Source of the DNA: an uncultured Eubacteriales bacterium
Lineage (GTDB): Bacteria; Bacillota; Clostridia; Oscillospirales; CAG-272
DNA length: 64,000 nt
Direction: 5' to 3'
NCBI GenBank assembly: GCA_934371135.1
Contig: CAKRNO010000002.1
Location: 69,708 to 133,707 of the forward strand
Position 1 is the stretch's first letter; each line of letters begins with the position of its first letter. Shown piece after piece: positions 48,869 through 57,486 of this stretch. The notes under the pieces were generated by a model. It was not told the origin of the DNA, did not search any database, and worked only from the letters and a program-made list of their open reading frames with translations. Made by a program: the position numbers and the translations under genes.

Positions 48869-48901
48869 ATTGTATATATTTTGACGGCAGAGGATATCCG
48901 T

Positions 48902-49924
48902 ATGAAAGAAAAAATCAAGGCACTCGAAGCCCGCGTGGACGAAGCGCTCGCGGAGGTAAGGTCCGGCGAGGGACTCAAGGACTTCTTCGCCCGGTACCTC
49001 GGCAGAGCGGGCAGCATCACCGCGCTCATGAAGGAGCTGGGCAACTATCCGAAGGAGGAGCGCCCGACGATCGGTAAGCTCATCAACGCCTTCAGGGACT
49101 CCGTGCAGGAGCGCTTCAAGGCGCTGGAGGAGCGCATCGCCGCCGAGGAGCTCGCGGCGAAGTACGCCAGTGAGCAGCTGGACATCACCATGCCGGCGAA
49201 GCGGGCGGCGGTCGGCGCCATCCATCCGACAAACCTGGTCAGGGCAAAGCTCTGCGAGGTTTTTATCGGCATGGGCTTCAGGGTCTATGAGGGGCGCGAG
49301 GTCGAGGATGACTATCACAACTTCACGGCACTGAACACCCCGAAGGATCACCCCGCGAGAGACAAGCAGGATACCTTCTACATCGCGGAGGACATCATGC
49401 TCCGCACCCACACCTCCCCGGGGCAGATCCACTGCCTCGAAACCATGAAGCCGCCGTTCAAGGTGGTCATGCCGGGGCGCGTCTTCCGCTGTGACGACGA
49501 CGCGACCCATACCCCGATGTTCCACCAGATCGAGGGGCTCGTCATTGATAAGAACCTGTCGCTCTGCGACCTCCAAGGGCTGCTCGACACACTGGCGAAG
49601 GCCATGTTCACCCCCGAGGCCAGAACGCGCTTCCGCCCCTCCTACTTCCCGTTCACCGAGCCGTCCGTCGAGGTGGACGTCTCCTGCTGTGAGTGCGGGG
49701 GCGTCGGCTGCCGCCTGTGCAAGGGCACCGGCTGGATCGAGATCCTCGGCGGCGGAGTGGTCAATCGCCGCGTCATCGAGAACTGCGGGCTCAACCCGGA
49801 CGAATGGTCGGGGCTCGCGTTCGGCGCGGGGCTGGACCGCATCGCCATGCTCAAGTACGGCATCAACAACATCCACATTCTCTACGACGGGGATCAGTCG
49901 ATCCTGCGCCAGTTCCGTAAGTAA
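48902..49924 (+). CDS. pheS: Phenylalanine--tRNA ligase alpha subunit
   Basis: ATG 48902 after GAGGA (MKEKIKALEARV). Class II core FRCDDDATHTPMFHQIEGL. Confidence 0.96.
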   Translation: MKEKIKALEARVDEALAEVRSGEGLKDFFARYLGRAGSITALMKELGNYPKEERPTIGKLINAFRDSVQERFKALEERIAAEELAAKYASEQLDITMPAKRAAVGAIHPTNLVRAKLCEVFIGMGFRVYEGREVEDDYHNFTALNTPKDHPARDKQDTFYIAEDIMLRTHTSPGQIHCLETMKPPFKVVMPGRVFRCDDDATHTPMFHQIEGLVIDKNLSLCDLQGLLDTLAKAMFTPEARTRFRPSYFPFTEPSVEVDVSCCECGGVGCRLCKGTGWIEILGGGVVNRRVIENCGLNPDEWSGLAFGAGLDRIAMLKYGINNIHILYDGDQSILRQFRK

Positions 49925-49938
49925 GGAGGGGACCGACT

Positions 49939-52344
49939 ATGTTACTGCCGATCAGCTGGCTGCGCGATCTCGTCGATCTGCGCGGCATCGATAACGATAC
50001 GATCGAGACGAGCCTGTTCTCCTGCGGGCTGGAGGTCGAGGAGCGGCGCGGCGCCGCGCCGGATATCTCCGGGGTGGTCGTCGGGCGGCTCATCTCGGTC
50101 GAGAAGATGGAGAACTCCGAGCACCTGCACATCTGCCATGTGGATTGCGGCGCCTACGGTGAGGACATCCAGATCGTCACCGGCGCCTCCAACATCAAGG
50201 CGGGCGACCACGTCCCCGTCGCGCTCCACGGCGCGACCGTCCTCGGGCGTGAGGGCAAGGTCGTCACCATCAAGAACGGTAAGCTCCTCGGCACGCCGTC
50301 GAACGGGATGCTCTGCTCCGGTGAGGAGCTCGGCATCGACGACGACTGGTTTGAGGGCGCCGGCGTGTACGGCATCCTGCTCCTGCCGGAGGACACCGCC
50401 CCCGGGGCGGACGTCAAGACCGTCCTCGGCCTCGACGACGAGGTGTGGGACGTCTCCATCACTGCCAACCTGCCGCACTGTCAGTCTGTCTTCGGCATCG
50501 CGCGCGAGCTCGCGGCGAAGCTGGACAGACCCCTGACCGAGCCCGACGGGCACTACACCGCCGCGGCGGAGGGCAAGGACGCGATCGACGTCACCGTCGA
50601 GGCACCCGATCTCTGCCCGCGCTACATCGGTCATTATGTAAAAAACGTCAAAATCGTGCGCTCCCCGCTGTGGATGCGGCGCCGCCTGCTCCTGACGGGG
50701 CACAAGCCGATCAACGCCATCGTCGATATCACGAACTATGTCCTGACCGAGCTCGGTCAGCCGATGCACGCCTTTGACCTCTCCGACCTCGCGGGTGAAA
50801 AGATCGTCGTGCGCCGCGCCGCGGCAGGCGAAAAGATCACCACCCTCGACGAAAAGGAATTTACGCTGAACCCCGAGGTGCTCGTCATCTGCGATACGGA
50901 AAAGCCGGTCGCTCTCGCGGGCGTCATGGGGGGGCTCAACAGCGAGATCAAGCCGACGACGGCAGAGGTGCTCTTTGAGTGCGCCAAGTTTGCGCGCGAC
51001 AATATCCGGCACACCTCCCGCGCCCTCGGTCAGTCCTCCGACTCCTCGCACCGGTACGAAAAAGGCGTGGACGAATACACGACCGGCAAAGCCATGGCGC
51101 GTGCCCTCCACCTCGTCGAAGAGCTGGGCTGCGGCACCGTGACGGCGACCCACATCGACCGCCGTGCGTGTGAGCATCCGGAGCCCACGACCATCACCAC
51201 CTCGTTTGAAAAACTCAACCGCGTGCTCGGGATCGAAGTGCCGCGCACGACGGTCGTCAATATCCTGACGCGTATGCAGTACACCGTCACGGTCAGCGGG
51301 GATGCCCTGACCGCCGTGGCGCCGCTCTACCGCGAGGACATCGAGGACTACCCCGACCTCGCCGAGGACATCATCAAGATGTACGGCTACGAGCATATCA
51401 CCCCGCGCCTCCTGACCCCCGCGTCCATCACGGCGGGCGGCTACACCAAGGCACAGCAGCAGGCACTGAAGCTGAAGGACACGCTGGTCGAAGAAGGGTA
51501 CTTTGAGCTCATCAACTACTCGTTCTACGCCCGCGCCGACCTCGACCTCCTGCGCCTCCCCGACGACGACCCGCGCCGGAACGTCGTCGCGCTGCAAAAT
51601 CCTTTGAGCGAGAACTACGCCATCATGCGCACGACGCTCGCCCCCTCCATGCTCGCGATCCTCTCGCACAACCAGAAGCGCGGGCACGCGGGCGGCAGGT
51701 TCTTCGAGCTTGCGAACCGCTTTATCCCGGGCGAGGCAGGCGCGCTCCCGATCGAGAAGCAGACGCTCTGCTTCGGGCTGTACGGCGAGGAGGAGAGTTT
51801 CTTCACGGCGAAGGGCGCCCCCGAGGCGATCGCCGATGCCTTCGGCATCCGCCTGACCTATGAGCGCGGCAACCAGCCGTTCCTCCATCCCGGTGAGACG
51901 GCAAAGATCCTGCTCGCCGAGGAGGAGATTGGTTACTTCGGGCGCCTGTCCTATGAGGTCGCCGAAGCGGCAGAGCTCGCCGGTAACGTGTTTGTCGGGG
52001 AGATCGACTTTGAGAAGCTCTCCGCCGCTTTCCCGGAGCTCATCCGCTTTGTCCCCGTTCCGAAATTCCCCGCCGTCACGCGTGACCTCGCGCTCGTCGC
52101 CGACGAGGCGGTCACCTGCGGCGAGATCACCGATGCCATCCGCTCCGCCTGCAAACAGGTGAGCGGGGTCGAGCTGTTCGACGTTTACCGCTCCGAGCAG
52201 ATCGGCGCCGGTAAGAAGTCGATGGCGTTCGGTCTTACCTTCCTCCCGACGGGTGACGAGCCGCTCGCCCCCGAGGCGGTCGATAAGTTCGTCGATAAGA
52301 TTCTGAAGTCTCTCGCCTTCCGCCTGCACATCACCATCCGCTGA
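49939..52344 (+). CDS. pheT: Phenylalanine--tRNA ligase beta subunit
   Basis: 801 aa. N-terminal tRNA-binding OB domain followed by B3/4, B5 and FDX-ACB-like regions. AAGGAGGGG SD. Confidence 0.96.
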   Translation: MLLPISWLRDLVDLRGIDNDTIETSLFSCGLEVEERRGAAPDISGVVVGRLISVEKMENSEHLHICHVDCGAYGEDIQIVTGASNIKAGDHVPVALHGATVLGREGKVVTIKNGKLLGTPSNGMLCSGEELGIDDDWFEGAGVYGILLLPEDTAPGADVKTVLGLDDEVWDVSITANLPHCQSVFGIARELAAKLDRPLTEPDGHYTAAAEGKDAIDVTVEAPDLCPRYIGHYVKNVKIVRSPLWMRRRLLLTGHKPINAIVDITNYVLTELGQPMHAFDLSDLAGEKIVVRRAAAGEKITTLDEKEFTLNPEVLVICDTEKPVALAGVMGGLNSEIKPTTAEVLFECAKFARDNIRHTSRALGQSSDSSHRYEKGVDEYTTGKAMARALHLVEELGCGTVTATHIDRRACEHPEPTTITTSFEKLNRVLGIEVPRTTVVNILTRMQYTVTVSGDALTAVAPLYREDIEDYPDLAEDIIKMYGYEHITPRLLTPASITAGGYTKAQQQALKLKDTLVEEGYFELINYSFYARADLDLLRLPDDDPRRNVVALQNPLSENYAIMRTTLAPSMLAILSHNQKRGHAGGRFFELANRFIPGEAGALPIEKQTLCFGLYGEEESFFTAKGAPEAIADAFGIRLTYERGNQPFLHPGETAKILLAEEEIGYFGRLSYEVAEAAELAGNVFVGEIDFEKLSAAFPELIRFVPVPKFPAVTRDLALVADEAVTCGEITDAIRSACKQVSGVELFDVYRSEQIGAGKKSMAFGLTFLPTGDEPLAPEAVDKFVDKILKSLAFRLHITIR

Positions 52345-52422
52345 CGCGGCGCTCCCCGCGGGTGTAGTCCCCGTTGACCCCCGCCCCACGGGACAAAAGC
52401 GAGAGGAATTCCCTCAAGACCG

Positions 52423-52460
52423 CCGCGCGGAGCCGTATTTTCCGGCTCCGCGCGGTTTTT
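52423..52460 (+). terminator. Rho-independent terminator after pheT
   Basis: 13-bp stem CCGCGCGGAGCCG / CGGCTCCGCGCGG followed by TTTTT. Confidence 0.9.
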
Positions 52461-52573
52461 CTTATTTCGCCCGGTGTCGCCCGGCTTTGCGTTTTTTCCG
52501 TTCTTTCGGCGCCCTCTCGCCGCGAGGGCGCCCCCCGGTTCTGCGCCGTCCCCCGCGCCCCCCGAAAAACCGC

Positions 52574-52602
52574 TTGACAAACGGGAGAGGCTCGGATATA
52601 AT
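52574..52602 (+). promoter_or_regulatory. Sigma-A-type promoter of the serS T-box leader
   Basis: TTGACA (52574-52579), 17 nt, TATAAT (52597-52602). Confidence 0.75.
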
Positions 52603-52609
52603 AATACAC

Positions 52610-52842
52610 GGTAAAGCCATACTACAGATAAAAAGCCATGACGGAGAAAAGTAACCGTCGGGATCGCTCCAAGAGACGGGTGTGCGAGGCTGTGACGCAC
52701 CCGGCGACGCCCACGATGAATTCCGCTCCCGAGCCGCCGGCGATGAGCCGCGCCGCACCCGCCACGTCAGCGCGAGAGAGTGAAACACCAAGGTGGTACC
52801 GTGCGTTTTCGCACCCTTGTCGCAGGGGTGCTTTTTATTTTT
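52610..52842 (+). promoter_or_regulatory. T-box riboswitch leader (serine specifier) controlling serS
   Basis: Stem I elements GAGAAAAGTAA (about 52644-52654) and AGAGA (52672-52676). Candidate specifier UCC at 52722-52724 followed by G. Conserved T-box sequence AAACACCAAGGTGGTACCGTGCG (52783-52805). Terminator GCACCC...GGGTGC plus TTTTTATTTTT (52811-52842). Confidence 0.85.
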
Positions 52843-52875
52843 CCCAAATTGTCATTAAAATCGGAGGATTATACA

Positions 52876-54162
52876 ATGCTCGACATGAAGTTCCTTCGGG
52901 AAAATCCCGAGATCGTCAAGGAGAACATCCGCAAGAAATTCCAGGACCAGAAGCTCCCGCTCGTCGATGAGGTCATCGCGCTCGACGCGGAGCTCCGCCG
53001 CTTCAAGACCGAAGCGGACACCCTACGCGCCAGCCGCAACAAGCTCTCGAAGCAGATCGGCGCACTGATGGGGCAGAAGAAGCTGGAGGAGGCTGAAGCC
53101 GTCAAGGCGCAGGTCGCCGCAGACGCACAGCGTCTCGCCGAGCTCGAAACGCTGGAGGGCGAATACGAGGAAAAGATCAGGAAGATCATGATGGTCATCC
53201 CGAACATCATCGACCCCTCCGTCCCCGTCGGCCGTGACGACAGCGAGAACGTGGAGATCGAGCGCTTCGGCGAGCCCGTCGTCCCCGACTTTGAGATCCC
53301 CTACCACACCGACATTATGGAGCGCTTTGACGGGATCGACCTGGACGCGGCGCGCCGCGTCGCCGGTAACGGTTTCTACTACCTCATGGGCGACATCGCC
53401 CGCCTGCATTCCGCCGTCATTTCCTACGCGCGTGACTTCATGATCGACCGCGGCTTCACCTACTGCGTGCCGCCGTTCATGATCCGTGCCGATGTGGTGA
53501 CCGGGGTCATGTCCTTCGCCGAGATGGAGAACATGATGTACAAGATCGAGGGCGAGGACCTCTACCTCATCGGTACCTCCGAGCACTCTATGATCGGTAA
53601 GTTCATCGATACCATCACCCCCGAGGAAAAGCTCCCCTACACCCTGACCTCCTATTCTCCCTGTTTCCGCAAGGAGAAGGGCGCGCACGGCATCGAGGAG
53701 CGCGGCGTCTACCGCATCCACCAGTTCGAGAAGCAGGAGATGATCGTCGTCTGCAAGCCCGAGGACTCCAAGATGTGGTTCGACAAGCTGTGGCAGAACA
53801 CCGTCGATCTGTTCCGCTCCATGGACATCCCCGTCCGCACGCTGGAGTGCTGCTCGGGTGACCTCGCGGACCTCAAGGTCAAATCGCTCGACGTCGAGGC
53901 ATGGTCGCCGCGGCAGAAGAAATATTTTGAGGTCGGCTCCTGCTCCAACCTCGGCGACGCACAGGCGCGCCGCCTGCGCATCCGTGTCAGCGGCGAGAAC
54001 GGCAAGTATTTCGCCCACACGCTGAACAACACGGTCGTCGCCCCGCCGCGTATGCTGATCGCCTTCCTCGAAAACAACCTGGAGGCAGACGGCTCGGTCC
54101 GCATCCCCGTGGTGCTCCGCCCCTACATGGGCGGTGCCGAGAAGCTCGTGCCGAAGCACTGA
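52876..54162 (+). CDS. serS: Serine--tRNA ligase
   Basis: Trimmed to ATG 52876 after GGAGG (MLDMKFLRENPEIV). Coiled-coil arm and class II motifs (RIHQFEKQE, GSCSNLGDAQARRL). Confidence 0.96.
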   Translation: MLDMKFLRENPEIVKENIRKKFQDQKLPLVDEVIALDAELRRFKTEADTLRASRNKLSKQIGALMGQKKLEEAEAVKAQVAADAQRLAELETLEGEYEEKIRKIMMVIPNIIDPSVPVGRDDSENVEIERFGEPVVPDFEIPYHTDIMERFDGIDLDAARRVAGNGFYYLMGDIARLHSAVISYARDFMIDRGFTYCVPPFMIRADVVTGVMSFAEMENMMYKIEGEDLYLIGTSEHSMIGKFIDTITPEEKLPYTLTSYSPCFRKEKGAHGIEERGVYRIHQFEKQEMIVVCKPEDSKMWFDKLWQNTVDLFRSMDIPVRTLECCSGDLADLKVKSLDVEAWSPRQKKYFEVGSCSNLGDAQARRLRIRVSGENGKYFAHTLNNTVVAPPRMLIAFLENNLEADGSVRIPVVLRPYMGGAEKLVPKH

Positions 54163-54188
54163 ACGACTTTATTTCCCGGAAAATATAA

Positions 54189-54223
54189 AAAAGAGGAGCC
54201 GTATTTTACGGCTCCTCTTTGTC
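54189..54223. terminator. Bidirectional terminator between serS and the RNase III-family gene
   Basis: Stem AAGAGGAGCCGT / ACGGCTCCTCTT flanked by an A-run upstream and TTTGTCTT downstream. Confidence 0.85.
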
Positions 54224-54262
54224 TTATATGCTTTGCTACGCACCCCGCGACAGCGGCGGTTT

Positions 54263-55039
54263 TCAGTGCCCCCCGTCTTTCGGGGCGTTCCCGCCCCCCT
54301 CCGCTGCCAGCATCGGCAGCAGCTTCTCCGCCGCCGCCATCTCCGCCTTGGGGCGGGAGCCGCCGGACGCCTCCTGCGGGGGGTACCCCGCGACCGTCAG
54401 GCGGACGTGAAATACCTTCGCGTGCTCGGGGCCCTCGGTACCGATGACCTCGTAAGTGTACGGGATGTGCCGCCGCTCGCACCACTCCTTGACGGCACTC
54501 TTGGGGTTCTTCTCCACCCGCCCGGCGCGGCGGTCGAGCAGGCGATCCACATCGTCGAGCCGGCGCACGACGTCCAGGATGACGGAAAAGTCCATCCCGC
54601 AGTCCAGCGCCACGGCGGCGATGATGCTCTCGAACAGGTCCTCGTTCGGCGAGTCCTTGTCGAGGACGTTCTGGTTGATGTCCCCCCGCGAGAGCCGCAG
54701 ATACCGGTTGACCCCGAGGCGGCGCACCGCGTCCGCGAGGGCGCGCTTGTCGCTCATATTGCTCTTGATGATGGAGAAATCCTCCTCGGTGAAGCGGGTG
54801 ACGAGCCCCCGCCTGCCGACCTCGCCGTAGCGGTCGAGGAGCAGGTAGGCGAGCGTCGCCGACAGCACGCTGTCCCCGAAGAATTCGAGCACCTCGTTCG
54901 ACTGCGTGTCGGCGGCTTTTCCCCCCTGCGAGAGCTCGTTCACATACGACGACCGCGTGAACGCTTGGCGCAGAAGCGCCGGGTTATGGAAATGATAGCC
55001 GAGCGTGTCCTCCACGGACGCGATCATGTGTTCCGTCAT
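54263..55039 (-). CDS. Ribonuclease III family protein (divergent)
   Basis: Trimmed to ATG 55039 (GAGGGAG SD). Signature EVLEFFGDSVL (compare ERLEFLGD), second catalytic segment NEDLFESIIAAVALD. C-terminal dsRBD-like KSAVKEWCERR...GPEHAKVFHV...AEMAAAEKLL. Confidence 0.75.
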   Translation of the reverse strand: MTEHMIASVEDTLGYHFHNPALLRQAFTRSSYVNELSQGGKAADTQSNEVLEFFGDSVLSATLAYLLLDRYGEVGRRGLVTRFTEEDFSIIKSNMSDKRALADAVRRLGVNRYLRLSRGDINQNVLDKDSPNEDLFESIIAAVALDCGMDFSVILDVVRRLDDVDRLLDRRAGRVEKNPKSAVKEWCERRHIPYTYEVIGTEGPEHAKVFHVRLTVAGYPPQEASGGSRPKAEMAAAEKLLPMLAAEGGGNAPKDGGH

Positions 55040-55362
55040 GCGTTGCTCCCTCTTTTCCCTGTCTTCGGTGCCGGCTCGGGCAGCTCTGCCCACAGCGCGT
55101 CCATGATACGCCGGAGCCCCTCCCGGTCGTCCGTGTCCTCGACGAGGAGCATTTCCTTTGCCCCCTCGTACGGCACCTCCAGAGGTGCCCCCGGCAGGAG
55201 GCGGCAGACCCCCGCCACCGGTTTGACGAGCAGGCGGTTGTCATAGATCCCGCCGACATATTTGCTGAGATAGTAGAGCAGATACTCCCCCATCATCGCC
55301 CGTGCGGTCAGTCCCGGGCACTGCCCGAGGATATAGTCCCGGAATTCCTTGCTGCTTGCCAT
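55036..55362 (-). CDS. TfoX N-terminal-domain-like small protein
   Basis: Trimmed to ATG 55362 (MASSKEFRDYIL) after GGGAGAGGGA. Core RAMMGEYLLYYLSKYVGGIYDNRLLVKP resembles the TfoX_N pattern. Its stop overlaps the RNase III-family start by 4 nt (ATGA). Confidence 0.5.
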   Translation of the reverse strand: MASSKEFRDYILGQCPGLTARAMMGEYLLYYLSKYVGGIYDNRLLVKPVAGVCRLLPGAPLEVPYEGAKEMLLVEDTDDREGLRRIMDALWAELPEPAPKTGKRGSNA

Positions 55363-55381
55363 GTCCCTCTCCCGTTCTCTG

Positions 55382-55702
55382 TCAGATGTTCTTGTACTCC
55401 GTGCCCCACGCCGCCATCGCATCGAGGATGGGGCCCAGCGTCTCGCCGAGCGGGCTCAACGCATATTCGACCCGAGGCGGCACCTCGGGGTAAACGGTGC
55501 GCGTGATGATACCGTCCGCCTCCATCTCGCGCAGGCTGTCGGTCAGCACCTTCTGGCTGATGCCGTCGAGGTCCCGCCGCAGTTCATTGAAGCGCCACGG
55601 GCGCACGCGCAGGTTACGGATAATGAGCAGCTTCCATTTGCTGCCGATGAGTTGCACCGTCGTCGCCACCGGGCAAACGGGCAGTTCTTCTTTTGTCCGC
55701 AT
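55382..55702 (-). CDS. HxlR-family (MarR-like) transcriptional regulator
   Basis: ATG 55702, 8 nt after AGAGG. Canonical HxlR core CPVATTVQLIGSKWKLLIIRNL...FNELRRDLDGISQKVLTDSLREMEADGIITRTVYPEVPPRVEYALSPLG. Confidence 0.9.
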   Translation of the reverse strand: MRTKEELPVCPVATTVQLIGSKWKLLIIRNLRVRPWRFNELRRDLDGISQKVLTDSLREMEADGIITRTVYPEVPPRVEYALSPLGETLGPILDAMAAWGTEYKNI

Positions 55703-55752
55703 AAGACACACCTCTCCTCCGGCATCGGGCCGTTCCCGTCATTCGTGCTTTT

Positions 55753-55781
55753 ATTATGACACGGCGGCGGCTTTTTTGCAA
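55753..55781 (-). promoter_or_regulatory. Sigma-A-type promoter of the hxlR operon
   Basis: On the minus strand: TTGCAA (55781-55776), 17 nt, TGTCATAAT (CATAAT 55758-55753). Confidence 0.55.
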
Positions 55782-55798
55782 GCCCCCGCGCTATGGTT

Positions 55799-55827
55799 AC
55801 TTTTTTGTGCGTGAGGCATAAAAAAGT
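55799..55827. promoter_or_regulatory. Inverted repeat, candidate HxlR operator
   Basis: ACTTTTTT-N13-AAAAAAGT, with the hexamer GTGCGT repeated directly after each T/A run. Lies between the two divergent promoter candidates. Confidence 0.4.
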
Positions 55828-55833
55828 GCGTAC

Positions 55834-55862
55834 TTTACAAGGCACGGCTCCGGGTCTATCCT
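55834..55862 (+). promoter_or_regulatory. Candidate promoter of the MBL-like/macro/sirtuin operon
   Basis: TTTACA (55834-55839), 17 nt, TATCCT (55857-55862). Weaker match than the other promoters listed. Confidence 0.35.
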
Positions 55863-55919
55863 ATATCTGCAAGCCGGAGAGCGCCCGTCGCCCCGGACGA
55901 AAAAACAAGGAGAACCACC

Positions 55920-56711
55920 ATGAACAAAAACAGTTTCCGCAAAGTGACACTCGCAAAGGGCGAGGTCGCCGTCTACGACGCCGGTACGCTCCGGCTCCAC
56001 GCCTACAAGACCAACGACCCGATGAGCGATGAGGTCTTCATCGTCGAAAAGGACGGGCAGGCGGTCGTTATTGAATCCCCCTGCTTCCGCGACAACATCG
56101 CCGAGCTGACCGCCTACCTTTCCGGTCTGCGCGTAGCCGGTGTCCTCGTCGCCTACCATGCCGCAGGCGCCACATTCCTGCCGGACGTACCGAAGTACGC
56201 AACGCAGAACGCCGTCGCCTACTCCGAGGACGGCGGCGGGAAGGCGCTCATCACGGGCTTTACCGCCGCGTTCGGAGACGCGTTTGACCATTCCGTCCAC
56301 CGGGTCACCCATCTCCTCGACGCCGGGGAGACCACCATCGGCGGTATCACCTTTGTGATCCACCCGACGCACGAGGCGTTCGACGTCGAGATCCCCGAGC
56401 TCAACGCGGTCTACACGCACATGCTCGGGCATGACTGCCACTCCATCGTCGCCGGCGGGGCACACGCGGACGCGATGATTGCCGAGCTCCGCGGCTATAT
56501 CGCCAAGGGGTATGACATGATCCTGACCTCCCACTACACCCCCGAGGATCTGAAGGACGCCGAGACGAAGATCGCCTACCTGCAGGATCTCCAGCGCATC
56601 GCTGCCGAAAGCCGGAGCAAGGAGGACTTCCGCGCGGCGGTCGCCGCCCGCTACCCGCAGTACAGCGGCGGAAATTATCTCGACATGACGGCAGGCTTCT
56701 TCTTTGCCTGA
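55920..56711 (+). CDS. Hypothetical protein, possibly a degenerate metallo-beta-lactamase fold
   Basis: 263 aa. AAGGAG SD 8 nt before the ATG. Beta-strand/His pattern (VVIESP, VLVAYHAAG, FVIHPTHEAF, THMLGHDCH, LTSHYTPED) is reminiscent of MBL-fold proteins, but the HxHxDH motif is not intact. Confidence 0.55.
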   Translation: MNKNSFRKVTLAKGEVAVYDAGTLRLHAYKTNDPMSDEVFIVEKDGQAVVIESPCFRDNIAELTAYLSGLRVAGVLVAYHAAGATFLPDVPKYATQNAVAYSEDGGGKALITGFTAAFGDAFDHSVHRVTHLLDAGETTIGGITFVIHPTHEAFDVEIPELNAVYTHMLGHDCHSIVAGGAHADAMIAELRGYIAKGYDMILTSHYTPEDLKDAETKIAYLQDLQRIAAESRSKEDFRAAVAARYPQYSGGNYLDMTAGFFFA

Positions 56712-56712
56712 C

Positions 56713-57486
56713 ATGACGCAAGCCGAGCGCAGGCATTATCTGATCCGCGCTCTCGCCGAGGAGCGCGGTACGGCAGTGCCCCTGCCGACGGGGGCGGACG
56801 AGCAGCGGCGCCTGCTCCGCGCGCTACTCAACCTCCGCCCTCCCCTGCCCGCGGATGCGACGTTTCTCCGTGTGCAGGATGCGTATCTGCGAGAGGAAAC
56901 GCGGCGGCACGGTGTCACGGATGTCGGAAGTCTTGCGCCCGTGCGCCCCGGTATCTGCCTTTGGCAGGGCGACATCACCACGCTCCGGTGCGACGCGATC
57001 GTCAACGCGGCGAACAGCGCGCTCCTCGGCTGCTTCTGCCCGAATCACAGCTGTATCGACAACGCCATCCACACCTATGCCGGGGTGCAGCTGCGCCTTG
57101 CCTGCGCGGACCTCATGCGGGCACAGGAGCATGACGAGCCGACCGGCGGCGCTAAAATCACACCGGCATACAACCTCCCGTGCCGGTACGTCCTCCACAC
57201 CGTCGGGCCCATCGTGGCAGGGCGGCTGACGGGAGAGCACCGCCGGGCGCTCGAAGCCTGCTATCTCTCCTGCCTCACGCTGGCGCAGGAGCACGGCATC
57301 CGCCATATCACCTTCCCCTGCATCTCCACGGGTGAGTTTCACTTTCCCGGGGAGGCGGCGGCACAGATCGCCGTCCGCACGGTGGAGCGTTACCGGGCGG
57401 GGAATGAAAACGCACCCGAGGTGATCTTCAATGTCTTTAAAGAACAGGATCTCTTTCTTTACCGGCGGCTGCTCGGCTGTGACTGA
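56713..57486 (+). CDS. Macrodomain protein, Zn-type (protein ADP-ribose hydrolase of the sirtuin-linked class)
   Basis: GDITTLRCDAIVNAANSALLGCFCPNHSCIDNAIH, GGAKITPAYNL...VLHTVGP and FPCISTGEFHFP. ATG 56713 lies 2 nt after the upstream stop; an alternative TTG at 56704 overlaps it. About 85-aa helical N-terminal extension. Confidence 0.85.
   Translation: MTQAERRHYLIRALAEERGTAVPLPTGADEQRRLLRALLNLRPPLPADATFLRVQDAYLREETRRHGVTDVGSLAPVRPGICLWQGDITTLRCDAIVNAANSALLGCFCPNHSCIDNAIHTYAGVQLRLACADLMRAQEHDEPTGGAKITPAYNLPCRYVLHTVGPIVAGRLTGEHRRALEACYLSCLTLAQEHGIRHITFPCISTGEFHFPGEAAAQIAVRTVERYRAGNENAPEVIFNVFKEQDLFLYRRLLGCD

Noticed and set aside
49942-52389. 815-aa minus-strand ORF
   Set aside because: It mirrors pheT exactly, so it is an antisense artefact. 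The same reasoning applies to 41964-44372 (+), 14152-16287 (+), 8014-9417 (+), 9332-10792 (+), 12565-13704 (+), 10913-11863 (+), 53023-54159 (-), 54134-55246 (+), 55797-56714 (-), 62302-63225 (+) and the many shorter overlapping ORFs.
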